DNA of 64,000 bases, from assembly GCF_030028105.1 (NCBI RefSeq), contig NC_092402.1:33650843-33714842 (forward strand). Direction: 5' to 3'. A model generated the notes under the pieces. That model saw only the letters and a program-made list of their open reading frames with translations. It searched no databases and was not told the origin of the DNA. A program made the translations under genes and the position numbers. Source of the DNA: Mobula birostris. Its lineage: Eukaryota. Below are positions 36,949 to 49,550 of this stretch, one piece after another. The stretch's first letter is position 1. Each line of letters opens with the position of its first letter.

Positions 36949-37412
36949 CATTTTAGTTAAGCACAGAAGATGGGTTCTTCATTTGTAATTTTTATTTTTA
37001 TTGGAATGTACCTGTGATGCACACAAGAAATTTTCTTAAATATCTGCTGTTGCACCTTGATTGACTGATCCTGTAAGCTAATTTGCTAGTGCACTTTAAC
37101 TTGCTCTGCTTTCCTGTCCACATAGTTGCACGTATTTTCTCTCCCTTCTTGAGGTGTCTTCATGATGAGATCATTAATTACATCTGTCTCATTTCATCAG
37201 TTTCCTCTTGTCTGTTGTCTGATCCTTCCAGAGGCAACACTTTATCTCCAACTGTTTGAGACTGAACTTCTCTTATGCAAAGATCTATCACTTTCTGAAG
37301 ACAGTGCCACAACCAAATAGCCATACTTGGGCTACATCTGCTTGTTGATACAAAGTTCTTGGCAGTTAAATGGATTAGATCTTGGATAATTCCAGCCAGA
37401 GCCAATTGATAC

Positions 37413-37500
37413 AGGTTCTCCTCAGGTTACAAATATCCAACTTATGTACAGTCCATATGTATGAATGAGCATTTGGGAGACTGGCAGGATGGATTTACTG
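37413..37500 (+). mobile_element. Possible Tigger-like TIR fragment
   Basis: TA-caggttctcctcaggttacaaatatccaacttatg resembles pogo/Tigger termini; no partner TIR found. Confidence 0.3.
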
Positions 37501-37570
37501 TGGGTCTGCAGACATTTTCTGCTGTGTGGAAACGCTACTCATGGTAATATTGGAATGGTTTTAATACCAT

Positions 37571-38750
37571 CTGCCTTTAATACCATCGTTCCAAATAAAC
37601 TGATTCCTAAGCTCCGGAACCTGGGCCTTAGCACTCAGGTCTGCAGCTGGATCTTCAATTTCCTCACAGACAGGACCCAGGCTGTAAAAATAGGGGACAA
37701 GCTCTCCTCTACAATCACTCTGAGCACCGGTGCCCCACAAGGCTGTGTACTCAGCCCCCTGCTGTACTCACTGTACACCCATGATTGTGTAGCCAAGTTT
37801 CCATCAAACTCAATATATAAGTTTGCTGATGACACAACAATTGTAGGCCGTATCTCGGGTAATGATGAGTTTGAGTACAGAGAGAAAATTAAGAATCTGG
37901 TGACATGGTGCGAAGACAATAACCTATCCCTCAACGTCAGCAAGACAAAAGAATTGGTTGTTAACTTCAGAAGGAGTAGCGGACCTCACGACCCAATTTA
38001 CATCGGTGGTGCGCAAGTGGAACAGGTCAAAAGCTTTAAGTTCCTCAGGGTCAATATCACAAATGACCTGACTTGGTCCAACCAAGCAGAGTGCACTACC
38101 AAGTAGGCCCACCAGTGTCTTTACTTCCTGAGAAAACTAAAGAAATTTGGCCTGTTCCCTAAAACTCACTAATTTTTATAGATGCACTGTAGAAAGCATT
38201 CTTCTAGGGTGCATCACAACCTGGTATGGAAGTTGTCCTTCCAAGACCAGAAGAAGCTGCAGAAGATCGTGAACACGGCGCAGCACATCACACAAACCAA
38301 TCTTCTGTCCGTGGACTCACTTTACACCGCACGCTGTTGGAGTAATTCTGCCAGGGTAATCAAGGACCTGACCCACCCAGCCAACACACTTTTCATCCCT
38401 CTTCCCTCCGAGAGAAGGCTCAGGAGCTTGAAGACTCGTACGGCCAGATTTGAGAACAGCTTCTTTCCAACTGTGATAAGACTGCTGAACGGATCCTGAC
38501 CCGGATCTGGGCCATACCCTCCAAATATCCGGACCTGCCTCTCAGTTTTTTTGCACTACCTTACTTTCCATTTTTCTATTTTCTATTTATGATTTATAAT
38601 TTAAATTTTTAATATTTACTAATTTTAACTATGTTCAATATCTTTAATATTTAATATTTGTAATCCAGGGAGTGTGAAGCGCAGAATCAAATATCGCTGT
38701 GATTATTGTACATTCTAGTACCAATTGTTTGGCGACAATGAAGTATAAAG
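37571..38750 (+). mobile_element. Rex1/Babar LINE 3' portion, a different and younger subfamily
   Basis: [55 protein letters not shown]; stop at 38104; AT-rich 3' UTR. Confidence 0.9.
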
Positions 38751-39362
38751 TTTGTATCTGGTTGAGCAAAAGACCAGGATTTAATGACATATTGTCCTTG
38801 ACTGGCCTACGTTTTTATTTTCAACACAAGAATTTCTGCAGATGCTGGGAATCCAGAGTAACACACATAAAATCTTGATATAGTTTGCTTTGCCCATCAC
38901 ACTTCACTGGATACATGGGAAAAATAGATGTCATCTGGAAATCGAGAGCTAATCTATCTACTGTATACTTAACTCCTCACTACACTCCACGTCCTGGTCA
39001 TGCTGGAAGGTATACTCTAAGTACAATTGGCACAATTATAATTACACATGGCAACCATGGAGATTGCGATTATCGTCCAAGAGAATCAATGATTGGGATT
39101 ACTCAAGGGAGCCCTCCAGTATGAAAAACTAAAAAAACTAAAAACACTGAGTTGGTCTGAAAGCATCCATAGCTGGGCTGTGCATTTTTAAATATTACAT
39201 GCATTAAGGTAAATTGCTGCATTAGTTTATTGACGCATGTACTGAAAAACAACGACAAGCTTTGTTTTGCATGCCATCCATACAGACACTTCTTTGCAAT
39301 AGTGCGTTGAAGAAGTACAAAGGAGTGATGCCTTCCATAGTGAAAGAGTCTACTGAATAGCA

Positions 39363-39703
39363 TTGGTTTGTCAGTGTTCGTACATCGTTGACGTCAATGA
39401 TGACCTTGACACCATTATGATGGTGTTAAGACTGGCGTGTGATTGGGATTTAAGTGGGGGAGAGATGCGCAGCGTCAGCCTCACTCTCTCTTCCCAATTC
39501 CCATCTGGATCCAGTGGCAAGACAGAGTCAAAACGGCTGGAGATGGGACTAGGCGCAGTGGATGACCAGGATGTCTTCTGTGTCTTATCCTGCTCTACAT
39601 GTTCCACGACGCTTGCAGAGACCGCCTTCTTAACCGTTGGACCTTCCATTGGTCTTGCCCGTTCAATCCACTGGAGTCTGTCTTCACCTGCTGGGATAGA
39701 CAG
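39363..39703 (-). mobile_element. GC-rich insertion, probably an RTE-related non-autonomous element or SINE
   Basis: Sharp compositional boundaries and CpG retention; family assignment is from recollected resemblance only. Confidence 0.35.
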
Positions 39704-41734
39704 TAAAGAGCGGCCAAATGGACAACATATTAAAGTACCCTGGCAATTTTTGAGCAAACTCCTAAACACATTAGGCACTGTAACTTGAGAAGTTCATAAC
39801 ATCAATGGGGAAATAGCAAAGGAAAATTAAAATTAATGACCTTATTTGAATGTCCATTACGATAAAGTTCATATTTCCAATTTCCTACCATTGATTCCAT
39901 GGTATAATTTCAAATCTTTTAATAAAATGATCTGTTGCTCATTATGGTAAAGTGCAAGATGATTTTTCTTTCATTTGAACTCAATATATTGGATACAGGA
40001 ATATTTAATAAATAACATTTTATATTTTGAAGCCTGATTCTATATCTAAATTATGTTTTGTTAGATATGGCAAAAAGAAATTGCTTTTGATCAAACATTA
40101 TTAAAAACCTGCAAGGATCTAATAAATTATTGATACATATTTTATTTATTTATTCCCAACATTGTTAAGTGGCTTGTGTTTATTTTGGTCCTCGTCTCTC
40201 TGCATATCTATACAAAATATTGAATATATTATTCCACTCACAGTCTCCCACATAGCTCTACCAGGAATAACTTGTCAAATTTTGATTACCACCTCCCTGG
40301 GTAAGTAGCTGAGGTTTGTTCACTTAATATACATTCACGGCATCAGACTGGCTACCCAGCTTGGGCTTTAGGATTAGCATGGGGAGCAATGGCAGGCAAT
40401 CTTTCTTAATGCATAACATGTTGAACCATCCACATCGCAGTGTGAAAGGAAGAACTTACTTCATTAAAAAACAGACACTGCTTGAGATAATCTATAGATC
40501 AGGTGGAGTCTGTGAAGAGAGAAACACCGTCAGCATCACAGGTTGACGGCATTCCATCTAAACAGGTTACCAATTTGAAATATTAACTCTGCTTCTCCCT
40601 CCACTTATGCTGCTTGACCTATGGTAAGTCAAAGCATTGACTGACTTTAGTGTAACACAACGTACTTTCTAGACCAGTTCAGCTTTTCAGCCAATGGCCT
40701 CTCAAGATGCTTAGGAAAGATCAATTGCCAGGTTTACATCAAGAATGTCTTGGCATGCAACTTGTGGCCAGCATTACAGTTTGAATTATCCTTCATTTTC
40801 CATGTGGAGTAGATGATATCAGTATTCATATTCCACATGACTAAGCCCTGTCCTTTAACTCCAAGGAAGATTTAAAACCACGTTTTCTGAAATTGAATCA
40901 AATTGAGCTGTTAGTTCTTCATACTTCATACATCACCTAAACGATGGTTCAGCATCAACTGTGTAAATGTTAACTCTCATTTCCCAGAAGGGAAACAGTC
41001 TTGAGTGCATTCAAGCTTTAATGGTGGAAATTGCTTGTTGCTCCAGATGTCTTTATTTTTGTTGAGTTAGTTGACATTAGAATAAATGGCAGAGTTGCTC
41101 AACTGGACTGGGAGCCACTCAGTTGGATTTGATCTGATCACAACTGTAATTTAGAATTGTGTCCACATGGTCAGCCAGGATTGTATACTGTACCTCGGGA
41201 AAAGTAGACTCAGTCAAAGTTAGAATAGAAGGAATTTGAGCTGTCCTTGCCCACGACTTTCATTGAGGTTTCAGGCCTGGTTCTTCCTGTTTTTTTTTAC
41301 ACTTTTAACCTAGTATTGATGAACAGGTGAGACACCTGTCCAGAGTGAGATCTCGGTGTTTTGGGAGGTGGATGTGTGTAAGTCACCTTCTGGAGAACAA
41401 AACTAAAAGTTATTGCTCAGTAAAGTTGTTGTTCAGGCAGATCACTAATACCTTGAAATAGAGGTAGATACCCTAGGTATCGAAATAATATTCAATGTGG
41501 TCAGTGTTGCTTATGAGTATCCTATTCATTCCTCCACTGTTAATTGTGTTTGTCATGCCTTGGTCCAAAAGAAACTTCCAAGATTCATTGTAAAATATGT
41601 CCAGTATTTCGATGTTGGAAAAAGACATGAAGTGCACCAAACCTTGCAGCTGACTGTTAGTCATGTCACAGTAATAGTTGTAGTACTCAATAAGCTGATA
41701 AAACTATATCAACACCACTGAGCAGCTGTTCATA

Positions 41735-41835
41735 AACACAAAATAATCTGCAACACTCACAACATGCTGGAGGAACTCAGCAGGTCGGGCAGCATCCGTG
41801 GAAAAGATCGGTTGACGTTTCGGGCCGGAACCCTT
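41735..41835 (-). mobile_element. Penelope pLTR fragment truncated inside the hammerhead
   Basis: atgctggaggaactcagcaggtcgggcagcatc..gttgacgtttcgggccggaaccctt; minus strand gives GGG..CCC GAAACGUC, with the CUGANGA box missing. Confidence 0.75.
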
Positions 41836-42084
41836 AAAGGTTCATTTCCAAACTTCAGTATCAGGAAGTGTCATTTTGCTGTTGTAAAGTCTATAAACCT
41901 TCTCAATGATTCCATTGGTTCCAAGGACTTGGCCAGAACATTATCTTCATTCTCTGAGGTCCATCAACACATACAGCAGGGTAGTTTCTGAACCATGTTT
42001 TTATAGACATCAAGCAGTGGCAGAAGGAGGATGGACCACCATCTTTATGCATTATCAGCTGCTTCTCCTGGTTGCTACATGATA

Positions 42085-43824
42085 CACAATAGACAATAGA
42101 CAATAGGTGCAGGAGTAGGCCATTCAGCCCTTTGAGCCAGCACCACCATTCACTGTGATCATGGCTGATCATCCACAATCATTATCCAGTTCCTGCCTTA
42201 TCCCCATAACCTTTGATTCCGCTATCTTTAAGAGCTCTATCCATCTCTTTTTTGAAAGCATCCAGAGACTTGGCCTCTACAGCCTTCTGGGGCAGAGCAT
42301 TCCATATATCCACCACTCTCTGGGTGAAAAAGTTTTTCCTCAACTCCATTCTAAATGGCCTACCCCTTATTCTTAAACTGTGGCCTCTGGTTCTGGACTC
42401 ACCCATCGGGGGAACATGCTTCCTGCCTCCAGCGTGTCCAATCTCTTAATAATCTTATATGTTTCAATAAGATCCCCTCTCAGCCTTCTAAATTCCAGAG
42501 TATACAAGCCCAGTCGCTCCAATCTTTCAACATATGACAGTCCCGCCATCCTGGGAATTAACCTTGTGAACCTACGCTGCACTCCCTCAATAGTAAGAAT
42601 GTCCTTCCTCAAATTTGGAGACCAAAACTGCACACAGTACTCTAGGTGTGGTCTCACCAGGGCCCTGTACAGCTGCAGAAGGACCTCTTTGCTCTTATAC
42701 TCAATTCCCCTTGTTATGAAGGCCAGCATGCCATTAGCTTTCTTCACTGCCTGTTGTACTTGCATGCTTGATTTCAGTGACTGATGTACAAGAATACCTA
42801 GATCTCGTTGTGCTTCCCCTTTTCCTAACTTGACTCCATTTAGATAATAATCTGCCTTCCCGTTCTTACCACCAAAGTGGATAACCTCACATTTATCCAC
42901 ATTAAACTGCATCTGCCGTGCATCTGCCCACTCACCCAGCCTGTCCAAGTCACCCTGCATTCTCATAACATCCTCCCCACATTTCACACTGCCACCCAGC
43001 TTTGTGTCATCGGCAAATTTGCTAACGTTACTTTTAATTTCCTCATCTAAATCATTAATGTATATTGTAAACAGCTGCGGTCCCAGCACTGAACCCTGCG
43101 GTACCCCACTGGTCACCACCTGCCATTCCGAAAGGGACCCATTAATCGCTACTCTTTGTTTTCTGTCAGCCAGCCAATTTTCAGTTCATGTCAGTACTCT
43201 GCCCCCAATACCATGTGCCCTAATTTTGCCCACTAATCTCCTATGTGGGACTTTATCAAAGGCTTTCTGAGAGTCCAGGTACACTACATCCACTGGCTCT
43301 CCCTTGTCCATTTTCATAGTTACATCCTCAAAAAAATTCCAGAAGATTAGTCAAGCATGATTTCCCCTTCGTAAATCCATGCTGACTTGGACCAATCCTG
43401 TTACTGCTATCCAGATGTGTCGTAATTTCATCTTTTATAATTGACTCCAGCACCTTTCCCACCACCAACGTCAGGCTAACTGGTCTATAATTCCCTGTTT
43501 TCTCTCTTCCTCCCTTCTTGAAGAGAGGGACAACATTAGCCACCCTCCAATGCACAGGAACTGATCCTGAATCTATAGAACATTGGAAAATGATTACCAA
43601 TGCGTCCACAATTTCTAAAACCACCTCCTTAAGTACCCTGAGATGCAGACCATCAGGTCCCGGGGACTTATCAGCCTTCAGACCCAACAGCCTATCCAAC
43701 ACCATTTCCTGCCTAATATAAATTTCCTTCAATTCATCCATTACCCTAGGTCTTTTGGCCACTATTACATCTGGGAGATTGTTTGTGTCTTCCCTAGTGA
43801 AGACAGATCCCAAGTACCTGTTCA
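42085..43824 (-). mobile_element. Young 5'-truncated CR1 LINE (RT)
   Basis: ORFs 43328-43825, 42373-43119 and 42182-42406 with KSPGPDG, QGSVLGPQLF, KFADD; (tctattg)n tail. Confidence 0.95.
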
Positions 43825-44009
43825 AAGTACCTGATGTTTTGGATTCTCCTCACGAGGGATGTAGAACACACATTGAGCACGTCATTGCCATAAATTTCGG
43901 CCATGATTCTTCAGGCATTTTGAGTAGGTGCCATCGATTCTGTCATCCTCCCAAGGTGGTCGCCAGAACGATCTCCACGCCTTTGTGGGAAAAGCTGCCA
44001 AAAAGATGG

Positions 44010-44225
44010 AGACACAAGAGATAGCAGATGCTGGAATTTGGACCATCACCTGGTCTGCTGAAGGAGCACTGCGAGTTGAGCAACTTCTGTGCGAGGGAAG
44101 GAATCATTAAAGCTTTGGGTCAAAATTATGCATCCTCATGCAGGTTTTCAACCTGAACCATCAAAAATTCCTTCCCCACCACTCCTACCCCATGAATTCT
44201 GTTTATTCCTCCAGCAGAACGAATG
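44010..44225. mobile_element. Degraded Penelope pLTR fold-back element
   Basis: acacaagagatagcagatgctggaat... followed by cctcatgcaggttttcaacctgaacc..ttcctccagcag. Confidence 0.55.
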
Positions 44226-44517
44226 TTGATAACAAAAGATGATGGTGAAGTGCTATTTTGCAGAGGCCCTTTATTACACTGCACTTATTTTCAGTGGTGC
44301 CCCCTGTCATTGAGATGGCAGTGATCATGAATGAAAATAATTGCAGTGTGAAAAGCCAACCACAGTGTAATGTGCCTTGACCCTTAGTGTCTCATGTGAG
44401 GTCAAACATGCTTGGAGAGCTCATTATAGGACAACTATTAATCTGCATCCAGATTCCATTAGGTTGAATTCTAACAAGTTGATCACTTCCACTTTTTATT
44501 GCACACTTCCTTCTACC

Positions 44518-44554
44518 TTTAGCACCTAAAGGTGTTTTACCTTTAGGTGCTAAA
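44518..44554. repeat. Perfect 16-bp inverted repeat with 5-nt spacer
   Basis: tttagcacctaaaggt-gtttt-acctttaggtgctaaa. Confidence 0.95.
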
Positions 44555-46069
44555 TGTTAAATCTAGACCACTTGTTTGGCTTAGCAGATGTTAACTCTCC
44601 TGGAAGAAATGGCATTAATACAGCACTTTTCACAGCCTCAGGTTATGCTAAAGCACTTGTGTATGCTTGAATTGTTTACTGTTGTATGTAGCAAACAAGG
44701 CAATTTATGCACAGCAAGGTCCCACAAGCTGAATTGAGTTAATGGTCCAATAATCTGCACTAGTGATACCGGTAGAAAGATTTTTTTAGCACCCTGGGGA
44801 AAATTCCCCATTCCTCTTCCTCAGAGAAGCACAGGAAACTTAGCCTAAATTATGCTCTCAAGATTTAGTAAGGAGATTTACTGGTGAAAGACCAACCTTT
44901 GAGACACAGCAGTCTAAATAGAATCTCATCTAGCAAAAATTGTCTATCTATAATGAATGGGGAGACTCTTTGAAATTTTTAATTCTGATGTTACTCCTCC
45001 ATTGGTATTAACATCAAGAAAATAATTTATGGTTTCTTATAAGCTGAATAGGCTGTCCCAAATGCCCGAAGCAGAAAAAAGATGAAATATGGTAATGTGA
45101 AAGTTGAAAATGACAAAAAACTATATATACATATAAATAATATTCACACATACCTGACACTTAATTTATTAAATTTACACTTTCAGCCATAAACACTTCT
45201 CTGGTCCGAAGACACTCTGAATTTTACCTCTCTAAAATATGAATTAATATTGCTCTGGTTAAATAAGATATGTGTTCATATGACACCAGATTATTAATTG
45301 GCTTTAATCACGCTGTTGGGTTAAAATGACAATTTCAAATAGCACTCTTTAATTCTTATTTCAAACTGATATTAAAAAGTGTTTGGTGATAAATTCAGAC
45401 AGTGCATGAAATATACAATGCCTAACACAACTGGTGTGAAATTTGGATTATAAATGGAAATCCATTTTTAGTTTTGATTTCTCAAAAACTAACAAAATCA
45501 TTCCAAGTAATATTGCTTTTTAGTGGGTTAGTATCAAAACAAAATAGTTTGCTTGATTATTTGAATGTAGCAATAAATGTAGCTTTGGGTAATTTTGAAT
45601 TGTTTATCAAAGATATCATTTTTCACTGATGCATTGACATTCACTAATGTGAATTTTAATATACCCAGAGTGAACTTTACCCTGAATTATGTGAATAACT
45701 TGCTGAACAGCTTTCCAGTTATGATGCACTTTGGTGCTGATCCATGACAAGAATAATTTCATAGTGCAAGTTACACACAGCATGCAAAGAGGTAGGGAGA
45801 CCTTAAGTCAACTAAATTCAGAGTATTTAATTTGGTGGGAAATGAAAACTTAAAAATAAGTTCAAATTTGAAAGAAGCTACATTAGGTTAGCATACTTTT
45901 GTTTTCTATAATCCTTTCCTAAAACCATTTCAACCCGAAGTTTCCTGAAAGGACCTTTCTTATCATGTATTTAGCCTTCTCTTGGCTCTTCCGGCTTATT
46001 GTTTGTAAGGTGTAACTTATAGGCTCTCTCAAGGAACAATATAGAGAGATTAAGGTATAGCTTTAATAT

Positions 46070-46623
46070 GAACATAGAAACATAGAAAACAGGTGTAGGA
46101 GTAGGCCATTCGGCCCTTCGTGCCTGCACCGCCATTCAGTATGATCATGGCTGATCATCCAACTCAGAACCCTGTACCAGCCTTCCCTCCATACCCCCTG
46201 ATCCCTTTAGCCACAAGGGCCATATCTAACTCCCTCTTAAATATAGCCAATGAACTGGCCTCAACTGTTTCCTGTGGCAGAGAATTCCACAGATTCACCA
46301 CTCTCTGTGTGAAGAAGTTTTTCCTCATCTCGGTCCTAAAAGGCTTCCCCTCTATCCTCAAACTGTGACCCCTCGTTCTGGACTTCCCCAACATCGGGAA
46401 CAATCTTCCTGCATCTAGTCTGTCCAATCCCTTTAGGATTTTATACGTTTCAATAAGACTCCCCTCAATCTTCTAAATTCCAACGAGTATAAGTCTAGTC
46501 GATCCAATCTTTCCTCATATGAAAGTCCTGTCATCCCAGGAATCAATCTGGTGAACCTTCTTTGTACTCCCTCTATGGCAAGGATGTCTTTCCTCAGATT
46601 AGGGGACCAAAACTGCACACAAT
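46070..46623 (-). mobile_element. Young CR1 3' fragment
   Basis: QFWSPNLRKDILAIEGVQRRFTRLIPG..FFTQRVVNLWNSLP; (aacataga)n-type tail. Confidence 0.9.
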
Positions 46624-47214
46624 AAAAATCTATGGATCAACTTGATCATTGACACAAGAATATAAGTTTTATTTTGAAGTTATTGAATTCAGGCTTCACC
46701 TGATAAATATGTTAATATTTTATATTTAGTTATTTCTCAAGATTTTCATTGTACTCTTAGGTATAGTTTTACAATAACACTGGCATGAGTCATCTGTCTG
46801 AGAGGATCTGTTGAACAAACAGTACTGGTCTTAAAAAAGAGACCAAGCTGGCTGAAGATTCTTTCCTTCCTATCTTGGTGAAACATTACATATTTCTGCA
46901 TTGTCTCTTCTACAATAATCTGGCCACCGAACCTGCATTAAAGGCCATTGACACTTCAATGCTAGACAGCTGCCTTATTACCCCTAAAGCCAGTTGTGTG
47001 TTCAATGATGACTGCTGTATTGCAAGTAATAGATGTTAAGAAGTATTGATCACCTGGCCAATTCAGTGGTAAATAATTTGTCAAAACATTTTCAAATGAA
47101 AACTATATAGCTATCACTATCAACCTAAGACTGCCAATTAAATAGCATTAAGAGATAGATGTATATCTCCTTTTTGGAAACTCTACTTTACAAAAGCTCA
47201 AATTTATTTTAAGT

Positions 47215-47530
47215 ACCAGATACTGAAAGGCCTGGAAGGTGTGGACATGGAGAGGATGTTTCCATTAGTACGACAGCCCAGCATCCGAGGACACAGCCTC
47301 AGAATAAAGGGGCATGCCTTTAAAACTGAGGCAGGGACTAACTTCTTCAGCCAGAGGGTGGGGAATCTGTGGAATTCGTTGCCACAGAGGGCTGAGGAGG
47401 CAAGTTATTGAGTGTATTTAAAGCAGATATTGACAGGTTCTTGAATGGTGAGTGGGTTAATGGTTATGGGGAGAAGACAGGTGAATGGGCTTAAAATGGG
47501 CTGAAAGGCCTAATTCTTTTCTTATGGTCT
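47215..47530 (+). mobile_element. CR1 3' fragment
   Basis: ttcttcagccagagggtggggaatctgtggaattcgttgcc..gggctgaaaggcctaattct. Confidence 0.8.
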
Positions 47531-47552
47531 AAATGCATTTATTTATTCTGAT

Positions 47553-47685
47553 AAACACAAGCAATGTGGAAATCCAGAGCAACACACACAAAATGCTGGA
47601 GGAAATCAGTAAGTTGACCATTTATTCATTTCCATACAATGCTGCCCGACTTGCTGAGATCCTCCAACATTTTAATTGTGTTGCT
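47553..47685. mobile_element. Penelope pLTR fold-back remnant
   Basis: agcaacacacacaaaatgctggaggaaatcag inverted against ctgagatcctccaacattttaattgtgttgct. Confidence 0.7.
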
Positions 47686-47779
47686 ATTTATCCTGATAAT
47701 ACTTTTATGTTCTGTTTTAACATCAAGAAATTTCTTCATAAATGTCTTATCTGAATATAAGGTAGCGGCTGGAAACATA

Positions 47780-49550
47780 GACCCACAAAGGAAGATAGTT
47801 GTGATTATTGAAAATCAGTTATCCTAGGACATTGCGACAAGAGTTTGAAGGGAGAGAGTACTAGGCCCAGCCATATGCTGTCACTTCATCTTCTATTACC
47901 TCCTTCTTTAAAAAGGTCAGGCATAAGAATGTTTGCTGATGATTGCATAATGCTCAATTCCTTTCATAATTCCACAGAAAATGATGTAGTTCATGCCATA
48001 ATGCATAGGGCCAAAACTACATTTAAACATTGGCTGGTATGTAGCAAGAAACATACTTACTACACAAGTCTAACCACCTACACTTGACATTCAATGGTAT
48101 TATCATCCCTGTATCTCCTATTATTAACATACTTTGACAAGGAAGTGTCACCATTGACTAGAAATTCAGCTGTACCAGCGAAATAAAACCAAAGTATCAC
48201 TATCTTGCAATGAGTGACTCATCTTTGGACACCCCAAAGCCTTTCCACCATTTATAAGATTGAACTCAGAAGTGTGATGTAATGATTTCAACTTCCATGC
48301 TTGGAGGTAAGTCAATGACACTCAAGGTGTATAGAGGCAAGAGGTACATTGGCCTTTATTGCTAGAGAATTTGACTACAGGAGTGAAGGTATTTAACTTT
48401 CTGCAGAGGGGCCTGGTGAGACTGCACCTGTAATAAGGTTTAATTTTGGCCTCCTTTCCTAAAAAAACACACACAGTGTCTAAGATAGGGTATAGCAGGA
48501 TTCACCCGGGACTAGGGCTGCATTCTCCAGAGTTTTCAGAACAAGAGGTAATTTTATTTGAACTATTTGCACCATCAATGACTCCAAAAGACTGGAAGTT
48601 AGTAGAGTAAATACTGAAAGGCTTTTATTAGCAGTAAAATGTGACCTCCACTATGCTGAGTGTCTGCCCCTGGACTAAGAGGAGGAGCAATGGCACAATC
48701 GCCTTTATTCAGGAACTGTGGGAGGAGCCACAGGAGCAGTCAGCAGAGGGGCGTGTCCAGACAGGTAACCCAGTTACAACATATAAATATGGTTTACCAC
48801 AAGAGTTTTTCCAGAGTTCAGCAGGGTGGTACTGGGAGAATGTTTGCCATGCCGAAAGAGTCTAGAACCAGGGTCACAATCTTAAAGAGTAGGCCATTTA
48901 GGACCAACATGAGAAGAGTTTTCTGCACTCACAGGGTGATGAATGTTCTGAGTTCATTCAAAATAGAAATTGTTAATTTCCTAGATAATAAAGGAATCTA
49001 GAGATATTGGATAGCGCAGGAAAATAGAGTTTAGGTAGAAAGATCAGCCCCAATCTTGATGAATGATGGAGCAGACACGAAGAGACAGACAGCTTATTTT
49101 TATTCTCAGTTCTTATATTCTAATTATGCTTCCATATCAGAGGAGTCCATTTGGCTGGTGTCCCATTCTCCACCCTAAACATTCATTCCTTCCACTCATA
49201 GTGCTGAAGAGTGTACCATCCACACAATGAACTGCTGTTACTGGCTTGGGATACTCCTTCAGCACCTTCCAAACATGTGACATCTACAATGGAAAAGGAC
49301 AAGAGCAGCCCGAGCATGGAATACCCTGCACATGCAAGTTCGCAACAAGCTGCACACCGCCCTAACTCTGATAAATATCGCTGATCTTTTGTGTGGGTCT
49401 AAATCCTGGAATTCCCTCCCCAACAGTACGATGGGAGTACCATTACCAGAAGGACTGCAGTGGTTCAAGAAGGAAGCTCCTCACTGCTTCTCAAGAATAA
49501 TTGGAAATGGATGATAAATGTTGTTCTTTTCAGTGACACCCATATCCCTA
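47780..49550 (+). mobile_element. Ancient CR1/L2-group LINE remnant interrupted by another CR1 fragment (about 48325-49125)
   Basis: RMFADDC at about 47930; 3' end aaatcctggaattccctccccaacag..ggactgcagtggttcaagaagg at about 49400-49475. Confidence 0.55.
48565..48801 (-). mobile_element. Probable Gypsy solo LTR
   Basis: Minus strand starts TGTGGTAAACC, has AATAAA near its 3' end and ends ..ggtgca; interrupts a CR1 fragment. Confidence 0.55.

Larger units (their letters stand above)
30400..37140 (-). mobile_element. Highly degraded CR1 (30400-31810, 32070-32520, about 36950-37140), host to a SINE and the Gypsy element
   Basis: Tail agaataggagtaggc at about 30405; ggaaccttatcaaaggccttc (reverse of KAFDKVP) at about 31480; no long ORF. 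Confidence 0.6.

Noticed and set aside
44361-44400. CACAGTG heptamers (also near 28080 and 55212) as V(D)J recombination signals
   Set aside because: No ACAAAAACC-like nonamer seen at the expected spacing and no Ig/TCR segments nearby
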